Assembly: GCA_963764485.1 (NCBI GenBank)
Contig: CAVXSM010000002.1
Location: 18,639-82,638 of the forward strand
Direction: 5' to 3'
DNA length: 64,000 bases
Source of the DNA: an uncultured Actinomycetota bacterium
GTDB taxonomy: Bacteria; Actinomycetota; Actinomycetes; Mycobacteriales; Jatrophihabitantaceae
Each line of letters opens with the position of its first letter. Position 1 is the first letter of the stretch. A program made the translations under genes and the position numbers. Positions 30,334 to 40,814 of this stretch are shown here, in pieces. The notes under the pieces are model-generated. The model saw only the letters and a list, made by a program, of their open reading frames with translations. It ran no database searches and was not told the origin of the DNA.

Positions 30334-30445
30334 GATCACGTTCCTCCCCGTCCGGCGATCACGTTTCCTGCCGTCTGCCGAGCACGTTTTCCTGCCGTCT
30401 GCCGATCACGTTTTCCTGCCGCCTGCCGAGCACGTTTCCTGCCGT
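30334..30445 (+). repeat. Tandem 23-24 bp repeat, about 4.7 copies
   Basis: GA(T/G)CACGT(T)TTCCTGCCGTCTGCC units at 30334, 30357, 30380, 30404 and 30428. Confidence 0.9.
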
Positions 30446-30545
30446 AGGGACGCTGCCGCCGTCCCGAAACGTCCCCCAGGCAGGAAACCCTGATCCACCG
30501 GGCCGGGCCAACGTCCCCTCAGCAGGAAAACCCGATCCGCCGGCG

Positions 30546-31286
30546 TCAGAGGAGGTGGCGCAGGTAGAGCTCGGGACGGTCGAGGAACGCGCGCCAGTGA
30601 TCCACCAGCTCCAGCTCCGACCACTCCGCGCGGCGGATGCCGTGCTCGCCGAATTCCAGGATCGTCGCGCCTGGGAACGCGGCCAGCACCGGTGAATGCG
30701 TGGCCAGCAGCACCTGCGAGCCACCCTCGACCACCGCGCCGATGATCGAGAGCAGGCGCAGGCAGGAGGTGAATGACAGCGCCGCCTCGGGCTCGTCCAG
30801 CACGAACAACCCGCGTTCGGTCAGCCGGGATTCGAGGTAGGCGAGGAACGATTCACCGTGCGAGCGAACGTTGAGCGCGCCCCCGAACGCCGCCGTGGCG
30901 CCGTCGTGCTCGCCGACACCGGCGTCGATGTCGCCGAACAGCGCCTGCATCGACTCGGCCCGCAGGAAGCAGCCGCCCTGCGGCATCGGCCGCTCGCCGC
31001 TGAGCACCAGCGCGCGGTGCAGCGCCGCGTCCTCGGCCTTCGATTCCGGGCTCCAGTGCTTCACCTGCGCCGTAAGCCGATCGGCCCAGCGCCGGGCCAC
31101 GGCTTCGACGAAGGTCGACTTGCCCGAGCCGTTCTCGCCGACGATCACCGTCACCCGCGGGTCGAGCTCGACCCCGTCCCGACACAACTGGGCGATCGCC
31201 GCGACGTCGACGAACCACGGGTCAGGGACGAGGCCCGAATCGGCCAGGCGGCCCGGATCGACGGTGACCCGGTCGAGGACCCCCAC
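30546..31286 (-). CDS. AAA/ABC-like predicted ATPase
   Basis: GENGSGKST, FLRAE, SHGESF, LDEPEAALS, ATHSP. Confidence 0.88.
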   Translation of the reverse strand: MGVLDRVTVDPGRLADSGLVPDPWFVDVAAIAQLCRDGVELDPRVTVIVGENGSGKSTFVEAVARRWADRLTAQVKHWSPESKAEDAALHRALVLSGERPMPQGGCFLRAESMQALFGDIDAGVGEHDGATAAFGGALNVRSHGESFLAYLESRLTERGLFVLDEPEAALSFTSCLRLLSIIGAVVEGGSQVLLATHSPVLAAFPGATILEFGEHGIRRAEWSELELVDHWRAFLDRPELYLRHLL

Positions 31287-31290
31287 CGGC

Positions 31291-32394
<1,104 letters not shown>

Positions 32395-32469
32395 GTCGGT
32401 CGAGGGTACGCGAGCCGCGTCCGGCCGGGCGTGGCCGCGCTGCGGCGCGACTCGCCGCGGCTTGCGCCG

Positions 32470-32856
32470 CTACGGGGCCACGCCATCCAGGATCGCGATC
32501 AGGGTCTTCGGCGCGACCTGGCGATAGGCGTCGCGCACGATCTCGCCGATCTCGGCCCAGTCCGGCGCGGCCAGCCCGTCGGCGGCGAGCCGGACGCCGA
32601 GCCAGCCGCGGTGCCCCACATACGGGGGCCGGAAGAAGCGCGCGGGCGCCTCGGCCACCAGTTCCTCCTGCACGCCGGGCGGCGCCGCGCACCAGAAGGC
32701 CAGGTGCTCGGTTCCGTGGTGATGGTCGTCGACCGCGACGAACTGCTTCCTGCCCCGGACGAAGAACCCGGGCTCGCCGTGACTCGCCCGCTCGGCCACC
32801 TGGGGCAGCGCGAGGCACAGCGCCCGTAGCTGCTGCACCGGATCGGCTTCACCCAT
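32470..32856 (-). CDS. MmcQ/YjbR family protein
   Basis: LRALCLALP...SHGEP.F...FFRPPYVGHRGW...DAYR. Confidence 0.85.
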   Translation of the reverse strand: MGEADPVQQLRALCLALPQVAERASHGEPGFFVRGRKQFVAVDDHHHGTEHLAFWCAAPPGVQEELVAEAPARFFRPPYVGHRGWLGVRLAADGLAAPDWAEIGEIVRDAYRQVAPKTLIAILDGVAP

Positions 32857-33026
32857 TGCGTCCACCTATCGTCCGCGGCTGCGTCACACTCAGGAATCAG
32901 TTGGTTTGTCCTCGCGGCCGCGCGGGTAGCTCATCAGCATGACCGACCTGATCCTTGCCTTCGTCATCATGGCCGTGGCCGTGGGATCGGCCGAACTCGT
33001 GCGGCTGACCTGCCGTCGGCAGCTGC

Positions 33027-35534
33027 TCACGCCGGTCCGGCCGGGCGCCCCGACCGCCACCGGGACGTCCGCGGCGCGGTTGGAACTGTCGCACTAGGCG
33101 GCAGCAGCGCCACGAGTTCTTCCGCGAACGGCTCGACCTGGGGATCTGAGAACCAGTCCGAGTGCAGATGCATGGCCGGCGGGCTGGGATCCTTGTCGCC
33201 CCAGAGCACGGGCGGGTCGAGGATCACCCGATCGATGAGTTCCCCCACGGGCGCGCGGACATCGGGGTCGAAGGCCCGGCCGCCGATGTAGTCGCTGTGC
33301 CGGACGAGATTGCGCCAGCGCACCACCCCGTCGTCGGTCTGGTAGTCGGCCAGCCGGGTGAGCTGATCAGGCCCGAAGTACGCCGGGAAGGCCCGCCCGT
33401 AGAGCCGGCGGATCGGCGCGGCCAGGGTCAGCAACGACATCTTCATCCGCACCGCCTGCGGCAGCTGGGCCAGCACCGCGACCGAGATCGGCGTCCCCTG
33501 GCTGTATCCGGTCAAGAGCACCGCGCTGTGCTGCTCGACCGGGTCGTCGGCGCTCACGTCGCGGGCCTCGGCGTCCTGCTGGGCCGCGGCCGGATCGCCC
33601 ACCCCGCGCACGTCGTCGCCGACGATCCGGCGGATCCGGGTGACCACCTCGGGCACCGAGCGCTCGGCGTAGCACGGCGGCCCGAACGGGTGGCAGGCGC
33701 GCGGCCAGAACGTCCCGACGTCCCACAGCAGGCCGAACCGCTTGCGCTTGGACGCGTCGAGGAAGGCCGAGCGCAGCGTGACGAGGAAGTAGCCGATGAC
33801 GACGACGCCGATGGTGCCGCCGATCTGGGCGAGCCGCTGCAGGACCACGGCGTCGCCGCCGGCCTGCAGGCTGATCAGGTAGCCGGTGAGCAGGGCGCCG
33901 GTGGGCAGCGTCAGCACGGCGAGCGCGGTCGCGGCGTGGTCGGTGAGTTCCGAGCGCGACCACGTCTGGGCCACCGTCCGCAGCGCTCCGGGCTCACCGG
34001 GCTGCGGGTAGCTCGACTGCACCGAATCGTCGTCGCGCTCGGCGTCGTCGCGGGCCAGCCGGTTGGCCTCCCACCGCGACCAGGCAAGCAGGTAGCCGCC
34101 CACGCCGAGCAGCAGAAGCGCCGCCGCGATCATTCCGAGCCCGCCGTCGTACACGGTGGAGGGCAGCAGCAGCGTCTCGCCCCGGACCTTGCCGTCGGCG
34201 ACGATCACCCGCGGCGAGCCGATCAGGTTGGCCAGCGCCAAGGTCAGGGACGAACCGAAGATCGTCGCGATCACGCAGGCAAGGGCGGCGAGCAGCGGCG
34301 CCACCAAGCCGAAGCCCATTACCTGCTTGCCGGCCTTCCATGGCGCCTGCACCGCGACGACCACCGCGAGCACGGCCAGCGCGGCGAACTCGCCGACTAC
34401 CGACCACGTCTGCATCAACTGGTCGCCGGGCAGGGCGTGCGGACCGGGGTGCACCCGCCACCAGAACCGGGCGATGCTGGTCGCGGCGGCCAGCGCCACC
34501 GCGGCCCGGGCGAACCACTTGCAGACGGCGTCCGACCACTGCTCGTCGGTGCCGGCGACGCGCTGCCGGTCGGCCCAGGGCGAGGCGACGAGCGCCACGG
34601 CCGCGGCGCCGATGGCGATCGCCAGCGCAATGAGCAACCAGCGCAGGCCGTTGGCCGAGGACGCCGGCAACGCGGCGAACATCAGCACGATCGCCGCGGC
34701 GGCCAGGACGTGGCAGTTGCGCTGCCGGTTGACCCCGCGCTCGCCCCGCCAGAAGGTCGCCTGGGTGAGCGGCCATTCCGGATCGGCGTCCGGGGCGATG
34801 CCTGGCCCCCACCGCTCGTAGGAACGGACGGTGGTGATGCTCAGCGCGGTCAGGGCCCCGAGCACGCCGAGGACGACCAGTAGCGCCATGGCCAGGCGCG
34901 GGCCGGTGTCGCGACGCGAGTACCACCCCAACCAGTGCGGCAGGGCGCCGCGCGCCGGGGCCTGCCACGCGACGAGGTCAGCGACCAGGGTGACGGACGT
35001 GGCGACGAAGGCGATCGTCAGCGCCAGGCCGACGAGGCGCAGGCAGGCGCGGGCCACCTCGTTGGCGGCGGCCTGCCGCTTCACCGGCCGGGCCGGCAGC
35101 GCCCAGTGCGCCACGTTCACCAGCATGAAGGCGATCAGCAGCAGGTACAGCGCGCGGCTGCTGGCCCGGGTGTTCAGCCCGCCCCAGCAGTACGCCTCGC
35201 GCCGCGGCCGGTTCGTGGCCGTCCCGCCCGGGTACCAGGCCCGGAAGAAGCCGGCCGTGCCGTCGCCGGCCACCTGCACCGTGCTCGGAACCTGCAGGTT
35301 CTCCGTCGACGGCGCACCGCCCACGCCGTGGATGCGCAGCTCGAGCACGGCGTCGGCGTCCGGCGTACTGCCGTCGAGCGCGAGGTACGGCACCTCGCCG
35401 GCGAGCGTCGCGGTGCGCGGATTGGTGAGGTCGGCGCCCGAGTAGCCGGCCGGCGCCCCGACCCCGAGCGTGATCGGCGCGAGCTGCTCTGCGCGTGCGT
35501 CCACCGCGGCGCCCGCCGTGCCGTCTGCATCCAT
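33027..35534 (-). CDS. Large polytopic membrane protein with alpha/beta-hydrolase-like motifs
   Basis: ELRIHGVGG at the N-terminus, many TM helices, then WDVGTFWPR..HP..PPCY and LTGYSQG. Confidence 0.75.
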   Translation of the reverse strand: MDADGTAGAAVDARAEQLAPITLGVGAPAGYSGADLTNPRTATLAGEVPYLALDGSTPDADAVLELRIHGVGGAPSTENLQVPSTVQVAGDGTAGFFRAWYPGGTATNRPRREAYCWGGLNTRASSRALYLLLIAFMLVNVAHWALPARPVKRQAAANEVARACLRLVGLALTIAFVATSVTLVADLVAWQAPARGALPHWLGWYSRRDTGPRLAMALLVVLGVLGALTALSITTVRSYERWGPGIAPDADPEWPLTQATFWRGERGVNRQRNCHVLAAAAIVLMFAALPASSANGLRWLLIALAIAIGAAAVALVASPWADRQRVAGTDEQWSDAVCKWFARAAVALAAATSIARFWWRVHPGPHALPGDQLMQTWSVVGEFAALAVLAVVVAVQAPWKAGKQVMGFGLVAPLLAALACVIATIFGSSLTLALANLIGSPRVIVADGKVRGETLLLPSTVYDGGLGMIAAALLLLGVGGYLLAWSRWEANRLARDDAERDDDSVQSSYPQPGEPGALRTVAQTWSRSELTDHAATALAVLTLPTGALLTGYLISLQAGGDAVVLQRLAQIGGTIGVVVIGYFLVTLRSAFLDASKRKRFGLLWDVGTFWPRACHPFGPPCYAERSVPEVVTRIRRIVGDDVRGVGDPAAAQQDAEARDVSADDPVEQHSAVLLTGYSQGTPISVAVLAQLPQAVRMKMSLLTLAAPIRRLYGRAFPAYFGPDQLTRLADYQTDDGVVRWRNLVRHSDYIGGRAFDPDVRAPVGELIDRVILDPPVLWGDKDPSPPAMHLHSDWFSDPQVEPFAEELVALLPPSATVPTAPRTSRWRSGRPAGPA

Positions 35535-35620
35535 GCTCTGACCCCTTTGCGCAGGAGGGACCCTGCCGTCGCGTGATACAGGATGCTCCACCACGCGCGG
35601 CCTCTGACAGGCTTGATCCC

Positions 35621-36424
35621 GTGCGGATCGCAACGTGGAACGTGAACTCGGTCGTCGCCCGGTTGCCCCGGCTCATCGAGTGGCTGGGCGTCGTCGAGCC
35701 GGACGTCCTCTGCCTGCAGGAGTTGAAGACGGCCGAGTTCCCGATCGAGGCCGTGGCCGAGCTGGGATACGAGGTCGCCACGCACTCGACCGGGCGGTGG
35801 AACGGCGTGGCGATCCTGTCGCGGGTCGGCATCGCCGGCGAGCGTCCGGACCTGCTCGACGAACCGGGCTACCAACCCGAGGACGCCATGCTCGAGGCCA
35901 CCGAACCGCGGGCGGTCGGCGCGACGTGCGGCGGCGTCCGGTTCTGGTCGGTGTACGTGCCCAACGGCCGCGAGCTCGGGCACCCGCACTACGACTACAA
36001 GCTGCGCTGGCTGGAGTCGCTGCGGGCGACCGTGGCCGAGGAGCTGCCGGCGCACGAGCGGCTCGTCGTCACCGGCGACTTCAACATCGCGCCCACCGAC
36101 GCCGACGTGTGGGATCCGGCCGCGTTCGCGACGAGCACGCACGTGACCGCGCCCGAGCGCGACGCCCTGGCCGCGTTGCGGGGTCTCGGCCTGCGCGACG
36201 TCCGGCCGCGGGCGCTGAAGTACGACACTCCGTACACGTACTGGGATTACCGCGCCGGCATGTTCCACAAGAACATGGGTATGCGCATCGACCTGGTTTA
36301 CGCGACGCCGCCACTGGCCGACGCGGTGCGCGACGCCTACGTCGACCGGGACGCCCGGAAGGGAAAGCTGCCGTCCGACCATGCGCCGGTCGTCGTCGAT
36401 CTTGATATACCCGGTGCCGCATAG
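35621..36424 (+). CDS. xth: Exodeoxyribonuclease III
   Basis: IATWNVNS, LCLQELK, YVPNG, GDFNIAP, RID, SDHAPV. Confidence 0.95.
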   Translation: MRIATWNVNSVVARLPRLIEWLGVVEPDVLCLQELKTAEFPIEAVAELGYEVATHSTGRWNGVAILSRVGIAGERPDLLDEPGYQPEDAMLEATEPRAVGATCGGVRFWSVYVPNGRELGHPHYDYKLRWLESLRATVAEELPAHERLVVTGDFNIAPTDADVWDPAAFATSTHVTAPERDALAALRGLGLRDVRPRALKYDTPYTYWDYRAGMFHKNMGMRIDLVYATPPLADAVRDAYVDRDARKGKLPSDHAPVVVDLDIPGAA

Positions 36425-36437
36425 GGCATCCGCGCTA

Positions 36438-37178
36438 TCAAGAACGGCCGCGGGCCGCGCTCACCGCGGCCCGGATCGGTTGGCGCAGCGGGTCGCCGTG
36501 CCCGGGCAGGATGAGATCGGCGTCGAGAGCCTCGAGCGCGCCGAGCGCGGCCGCCGGGTCGCCGTGGTTGAAGAACGCGGGCAGCACCTGCGGGCCGGTG
36601 CGGCGCAGCACGGCGTGCGCGGTGACGAGCTCGTCGCCGGTGGCCACCGCGCCGACGCCGGGCAGGTGGTAGGCGGTGTGCCCGGACGTGTGCCCGCGGG
36701 TCGGCACCGGCACCGGCCGACCCGGTAGGTCGAGCGCGCCCGCGGTCGGGAACGGTTCGGCGCTGGGGATCGTGACGTTCTTCATCACCCCGACCCGCAT
36801 CACCCGGGTGAGCCATGGCAGCACGCCCGGACGCCAGACGTTGGCGGCGACATCGACCGGACGGGCCTGCTCGAGGTAGTCGCGATGCGCGTGCTTGACC
36901 TCAGTGGCGTCGGTGTAGACGGCGGCGCCGTAGCGGTCGTGGAAGTGGTTCACCGCGCCGATGTGGTCGACGTGGGCGTGGGTGATCAGCACCGCGCGGA
37001 CGTCGTCCGGGCGCCGGCCGATCGCCCGCAGCGAGGCCTCGACCCGGTCCAGGTCGCCGGGGTAGCCGGTGTCGATCAGGGTGACGTCATCGCCCTCGCG
37101 CAGCAGGTACCAGTTGACGTCCGTCCCCCGCGCGAAGAACACGTCCTGCGCAACTTCGTCCACCCGTACGGCTGCCAT
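36438..37178 (-). CDS. MBL-fold metallo-hydrolase
   Basis: THAHVDHIG, GHTSGH, TGD, PGHG. Confidence 0.92.
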   Translation of the reverse strand: MAAVRVDEVAQDVFFARGTDVNWYLLREGDDVTLIDTGYPGDLDRVEASLRAIGRRPDDVRAVLITHAHVDHIGAVNHFHDRYGAAVYTDATEVKHAHRDYLEQARPVDVAANVWRPGVLPWLTRVMRVGVMKNVTIPSAEPFPTAGALDLPGRPVPVPTRGHTSGHTAYHLPGVGAVATGDELVTAHAVLRRTGPQVLPAFFNHGDPAAALGALEALDADLILPGHGDPLRQPIRAAVSAARGRS

Positions 37179-37333
37179 GAAGCCCATCCTGCCGCGTCCT
37201 CGGTCGGCACAAGCGGGGCGGGCACAGCCCGTTCTGGCCGCTCAGCGGCGCGACACGCCGCCGCGAGCGCCGCACCGGGGCCACGCCGGGAACCGATCGG
37301 GCGCCTCACCAGTTGTCGAGGTAGGAGGTCACC

Positions 37334-37501
37334 ATGACCGTTGGCAAGGTTCTGCTCGCACTGCTCGCCGCGTGGGTCGTCATCGGCATCATCGGCTTCA
37401 TCATCAAGGGCCTGTTCTTCCTGTTCGTGATCGCCCTCATCGCCTTCGGGGTCACGGCGATCGCCGACGCGCGGCGCCGCGGCATCATCGGCCGCCGCTG
37501 A
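37334..37501 (+). CDS. Small 2-TM membrane protein (55 aa), below the ORF-track cutoff
   Basis: AGGAGG RBS; MTVGKVLLALLAAWVVIGIIGFIIKGLFFLFVIALIAFGVTAIADARRRGIIGRR. Confidence 0.75.
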   Translation: MTVGKVLLALLAAWVVIGIIGFIIKGLFFLFVIALIAFGVTAIADARRRGIIGRR

Positions 37502-37510
37502 CCGTTCAGC

Positions 37511-37933
37511 TCAGCCGAGCACGGCCGCTCGGGCCGAGGAGGTTACGGTGTGGCGCACCTGCGCCCGTCCGAAGAATGCGCCGAAGGCGAGCGACCGCGT
37601 CTCGTCGCAGGTGAGCGTGATCCGCCGCCGGTCGGCCGACAACGCCGCATGCACCTGCACGTCGTGGCGGTCGGGGTCACGGGCGAGATAGCGCTCGACC
37701 GCAGGCACGACGTCGGCGAAGCGCAGCGAGTCGGCCGCGCCGAGACCGTTGGTGCGATCGAGGTCGGCCGCACTCGCCGCCGCGGCGGCTGCGGCGCCGT
37801 CGCAGACGTCCTGCAGTTCACGCTCCTGGACGAACGCCGTCCCGAGCGCGATCGAGCCGGCCACCATGATCAGCGCGATCAGGAAGAAGCCCATGATCAG
37901 CGGGATGGTCGAGCCGCGGTCGTCGCGCCTCAT
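37511..37933 (-). CDS. TadG-related minor pilin
   Basis: DDRGS prepilin-like site plus a hydrophobic helix; last gene of the tad operon. Confidence 0.8.
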   Translation of the reverse strand: MRRDDRGSTIPLIMGFFLIALIMVAGSIALGTAFVQERELQDVCDGAAAAAAASAADLDRTNGLGAADSLRFADVVPAVERYLARDPDRHDVQVHAALSADRRRITLTCDETRSLAFGAFFGRAQVRHTVTSSARAAVLG

Positions 37934-38382
37934 CGGACTTGCCGGAAGTCGTCGACGTGGACGCGATACACGCCCACGGTGCGGATCCCCCGCCCGGCCA
38001 GCACCGACGGCACCGCCGGCAACCGCACCGCCCGGCTGACGCAGACGGTGAACTCGGCGCCCGGAGTGAGCCGCGGCGCGATGGCCCGGTCGGTGCACCC
38101 CGCACCGGCGGCGACGAACCGAACCGTCGCGTCGTCGGGCAAGCCCTGGTCGGCCAACGCGAGCCGGACGGCGGCCGCGACCCGGCGCGGGGCCGCCGCG
38201 GCCGAGTCGCTGGTGGCGAACGCGCGGCCGGCGTCGCGGGCCGCCTGGGTGACCGCGAGCGAGGTCCGCTGCACGGTCGCGACCGCCGCAATCAGGTAGA
38301 CGAGCGGCACCATTGCCACCAGCGCGACGAACACGAACTCGACGATCGCGCTGCCGCCGTCCTCGAGGCGACGATGGTTCAC
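37930..38382 (-). CDS. TadE-like pseudopilin
   Basis: DGGSAIVEF...AARDAGR. Confidence 0.85.
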   Translation of the reverse strand: MNHRRLEDGGSAIVEFVFVALVAMVPLVYLIAAVATVQRTSLAVTQAARDAGRAFATSDSAAAAPRRVAAAVRLALADQGLPDDATVRFVAAGAGCTDRAIAPRLTPGAEFTVCVSRAVRLPAVPSVLAGRGIRTVGVYRVHVDDFRQVR

Positions 38383-38786
38383 GGCGCACCTTCCTTCAGC
38401 ACCGACGAGGTCACGTCGATCGTGAGTGGGAGCTTGAGCGGCGAGAACAGCAGCCGGATCCGGCCGCGGCAATGAACGGTGATGACCGCCAATCCCGACC
38501 GGGCGTCGCGGCCGGCCGTCCCCGTGCAGCGCAGCGCCGACGCGTCGGCGGCATCGAGTCCGCGACCGATCAGCTCACCGGCGCGCACCGCGCCGGCCCG
38601 CGCGTCGATGCCCTCCGCGGCCGCGTAACGGGCGGCGTCGGCCGTCGAAGCCGCGGCGACGTTGCGGGCGTAGAAGTAGACCGTGACCTGCAGGACCCCG
38701 AACAGCAGCGCGATCAGCAACACCGAGATGAGGACGAAGTCGATCACCGCCGCTCCCGCATCGTCGCGACGCACCCGCGGCGGCAT
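38379..38786 (-). CDS. TadE-like pseudopilin
   Basis: DAGAAVIDF...ADAARYAA. Confidence 0.85.
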   Translation of the reverse strand: MPPRVRRDDAGAAVIDFVLISVLLIALLFGVLQVTVYFYARNVAAASTADAARYAAAEGIDARAGAVRAGELIGRGLDAADASALRCTGTAGRDARSGLAVITVHCRGRIRLLFSPLKLPLTIDVTSSVLKEGAP

Positions 38787-38788
38787 GG

Positions 38789-38986
38789 CTAGTTCTGGCC
38801 GCTGACCGAGTCGATGATCCCGGACAGCGCGTCCTTCATCTGGGGTTCGAAGATGCCGAGGATCGCCACCACGAGGATCGCCGTCATCACGGTGACCATC
38901 ACCCAGCCGGGCACGTCACCACGATCGCCCCCGACCCGCCGGCGGGCGGCGGCAAGCCGCGCGGCCAAGAATCCGAAGAACGTCAT
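38789..38986 (-). CDS. Flp-like pilin (actinobacterial GDVPGW type)
   Basis: DRGDVPGWVMVTVMTA; AAGGAG RBS; position after tadC. Confidence 0.8.
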   Translation of the reverse strand: MTFFGFLAARLAAARRRVGGDRGDVPGWVMVTVMTAILVVAILGIFEPQMKDALSGIIDSVSGQN

Positions 38987-39002
38987 GGGCACTCCTTGTT
39001 CG

Positions 39003-39950
39003 TCAGCGGGCAAGCGAGGTCAGCGTCATCAGGCCGGGGAACAGGGCGAACAGCACCGTGACGGGCAGGATCAGGAACACGACCGGCACCATCATCGAAA
39101 TCTCCTTGCGGCCGCCGGCCTCGAGCAACGCACGCTTGCCGACCTCGCGGACGTCGATCGCCTGGGCGCGAAGGACGTCGGCCAGCGGGGTGCCACGCTC
39201 GATCGCGACGACCAGGCCGTGCAGGAAACGGGCCAAGGGGTCAACCGTCGTCTGCTCGGCGAGCTCGCTGAGGGCGGTCGTGATCGGCGTGCCCGACCGA
39301 GCCCGGGCGAGGGCTTGCCCCAGATCGCGGGCCAGCTCGCCTCCGGTCAGGTGGCACACCCGCTGCAGGGCGTCGATGGGCGACTCGCCGGCGACCACGG
39401 CCAGCGCGAGCAGGTCGGCGACCACCGGGAACTCGGACAGCATCGCGCGCTCGCGGCGCTCGAGTTCGCGGGTGAGCCACCAATCGCGGGCGAGCAGACC
39501 ACCAAGCGACCCGCCCAGCGCCGCCAGCACGACCACGACCGGATCGACCGACCCCTGTGCCAGCCCGCCCACCGTGGTGAGCAGCGCCAGCAGCACCATC
39601 CCGGCCGCGGCCCACACGATCTGCTCGAGCCGGAATTCCTCGACCGTGGTGTGCGCGCCCAGCCCGCGCAGCCGCCGCCGCACCGACGCCGACCCGCCGA
39701 TCAATCGATCGAGGCCGGCCCCGGCCTCGCCGAGAACCGGCCCGAACAACCGGCGGGCCACGCCGAACGGCGTCGAACCGGCGACCGGCCGGGCCAGCAG
39801 CTTCGAGGGCGGCGGCACTTCGCCGAGATACGGGGCCAGCCGGTCGGCGAGCCGGACCGGACGCATCGGCGGCAGCGCCCGCGAGGCCATCAACGCGCCG
39901 ACGGCGACGCCCGCGCCCAGCCCGGCTCCGGCCCACCAGGCCGCAGTCAT
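39003..39950 (-). CDS. tadC: Tad pilus platform protein TadC (T2SS F family)
   Basis: EFPVVADLLALAVVAGES, ERGTPLADVLRAQA, MMVPVVFLILP. Confidence 0.88.
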   Translation of the reverse strand: MTAAWWAGAGLGAGVAVGALMASRALPPMRPVRLADRLAPYLGEVPPPSKLLARPVAGSTPFGVARRLFGPVLGEAGAGLDRLIGGSASVRRRLRGLGAHTTVEEFRLEQIVWAAAGMVLLALLTTVGGLAQGSVDPVVVVLAALGGSLGGLLARDWWLTRELERRERAMLSEFPVVADLLALAVVAGESPIDALQRVCHLTGGELARDLGQALARARSGTPITTALSELAEQTTVDPLARFLHGLVVAIERGTPLADVLRAQAIDVREVGKRALLEAGGRKEISMMVPVVFLILPVTVLFALFPGLMTLTSLAR

Positions 39951-40813
39951 CGCAGCACCCGCTGTTCCTCGGGCAACCGTCCGATGTGCAGCATGACGCG
40001 ATACGCGACGACGCAGACGGCCGCGCCGATGGCGAGCAGCAGGCTGCCGCCGGGCGAGTCGTAGGCCGACAACGTCTCGGACTGCGTGCCGAGCAACAGC
40101 AACACCGCCCACGGGGCGGCGACGGCGAGCCGGGCCGCGTTGACCACCCACCCCTGCCGGGTCTCGAGCTCAGCGCGGGTGCGGGCATCGGCGCGCAGCA
40201 GTTCCGACAACGTGCGCAGCACGGTGCCGAGATCGCTGCCGCCCACGTCGCGGGCCACCCGCACCGTCTCGCAGACCCGGTCGCCGACGGGATCACCGAC
40301 ATCGTCCTTCAGCCGGTCGAGGCACTCGCCGAACCGTCCGGTGACCCGATAGGCCGTGGCGAACCGGGCGAACGGCGGCCGCAGTTCGACCGGCCCACGC
40401 AGCGCGAGGGCCGCAAGACCCTCGGGCAACGACAGGCCGGCGCGCACGGCCGAGGCCAGGTTGTCGATCGCCTCGGGCCAGACCTCGCGCAGCGCAACCT
40501 GCCGCCGGTTGCGCAGCCGGCGGACCACCAGGGCCGGCAGAAAGCAGCCGAAACCGCCGAAGCAGATCGCCACGGTGACCGTCTGGGTAACGGCGATGAC
40601 GACGAGGAAGACGAGCGCGCCGCTCACCGCCTGGACGGCACCGAGTTGGACGACGCCGACGCCCTCGATGCCGGCCTGTCTCAGGGCGTCGTGCCGACGC
40701 GCGGCCCAGGTGCCCAGCAGTGACCGACCTCCGGACGGCACCGGAGCGCGCGACCCGCTGCGCCAGATCAGCATCAGGCCGAGACCGGCGACGAGTCCGA
40801 GCAGTGCCCCCAT
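39947..40813 (-). CDS. tadB: Tad pilus platform protein TadB (T2SS F family)
   Basis: WPEAIDNLASAVRAGLSLPE, GGSDLG. Confidence 0.88.
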   Translation of the reverse strand: MGALLGLVAGLGLMLIWRSGSRAPVPSGGRSLLGTWAARRHDALRQAGIEGVGVVQLGAVQAVSGALVFLVVIAVTQTVTVAICFGGFGCFLPALVVRRLRNRRQVALREVWPEAIDNLASAVRAGLSLPEGLAALALRGPVELRPPFARFATAYRVTGRFGECLDRLKDDVGDPVGDRVCETVRVARDVGGSDLGTVLRTLSELLRADARTRAELETRQGWVVNAARLAVAAPWAVLLLLGTQSETLSAYDSPGGSLLLAIGAAVCVVAYRVMLHIGRLPEEQRVLR

Positions 40814-40814
40814 G

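Noticed and set aside
30334-30445. CRISPR array
   Set aside because: Units are head-to-tail with no unique spacers, and there are no cas genes in the window.
32897-33094. 65-aa ORF
   Set aside because: Overlaps the upstream gene's 3' end, with no RBS or motif support.
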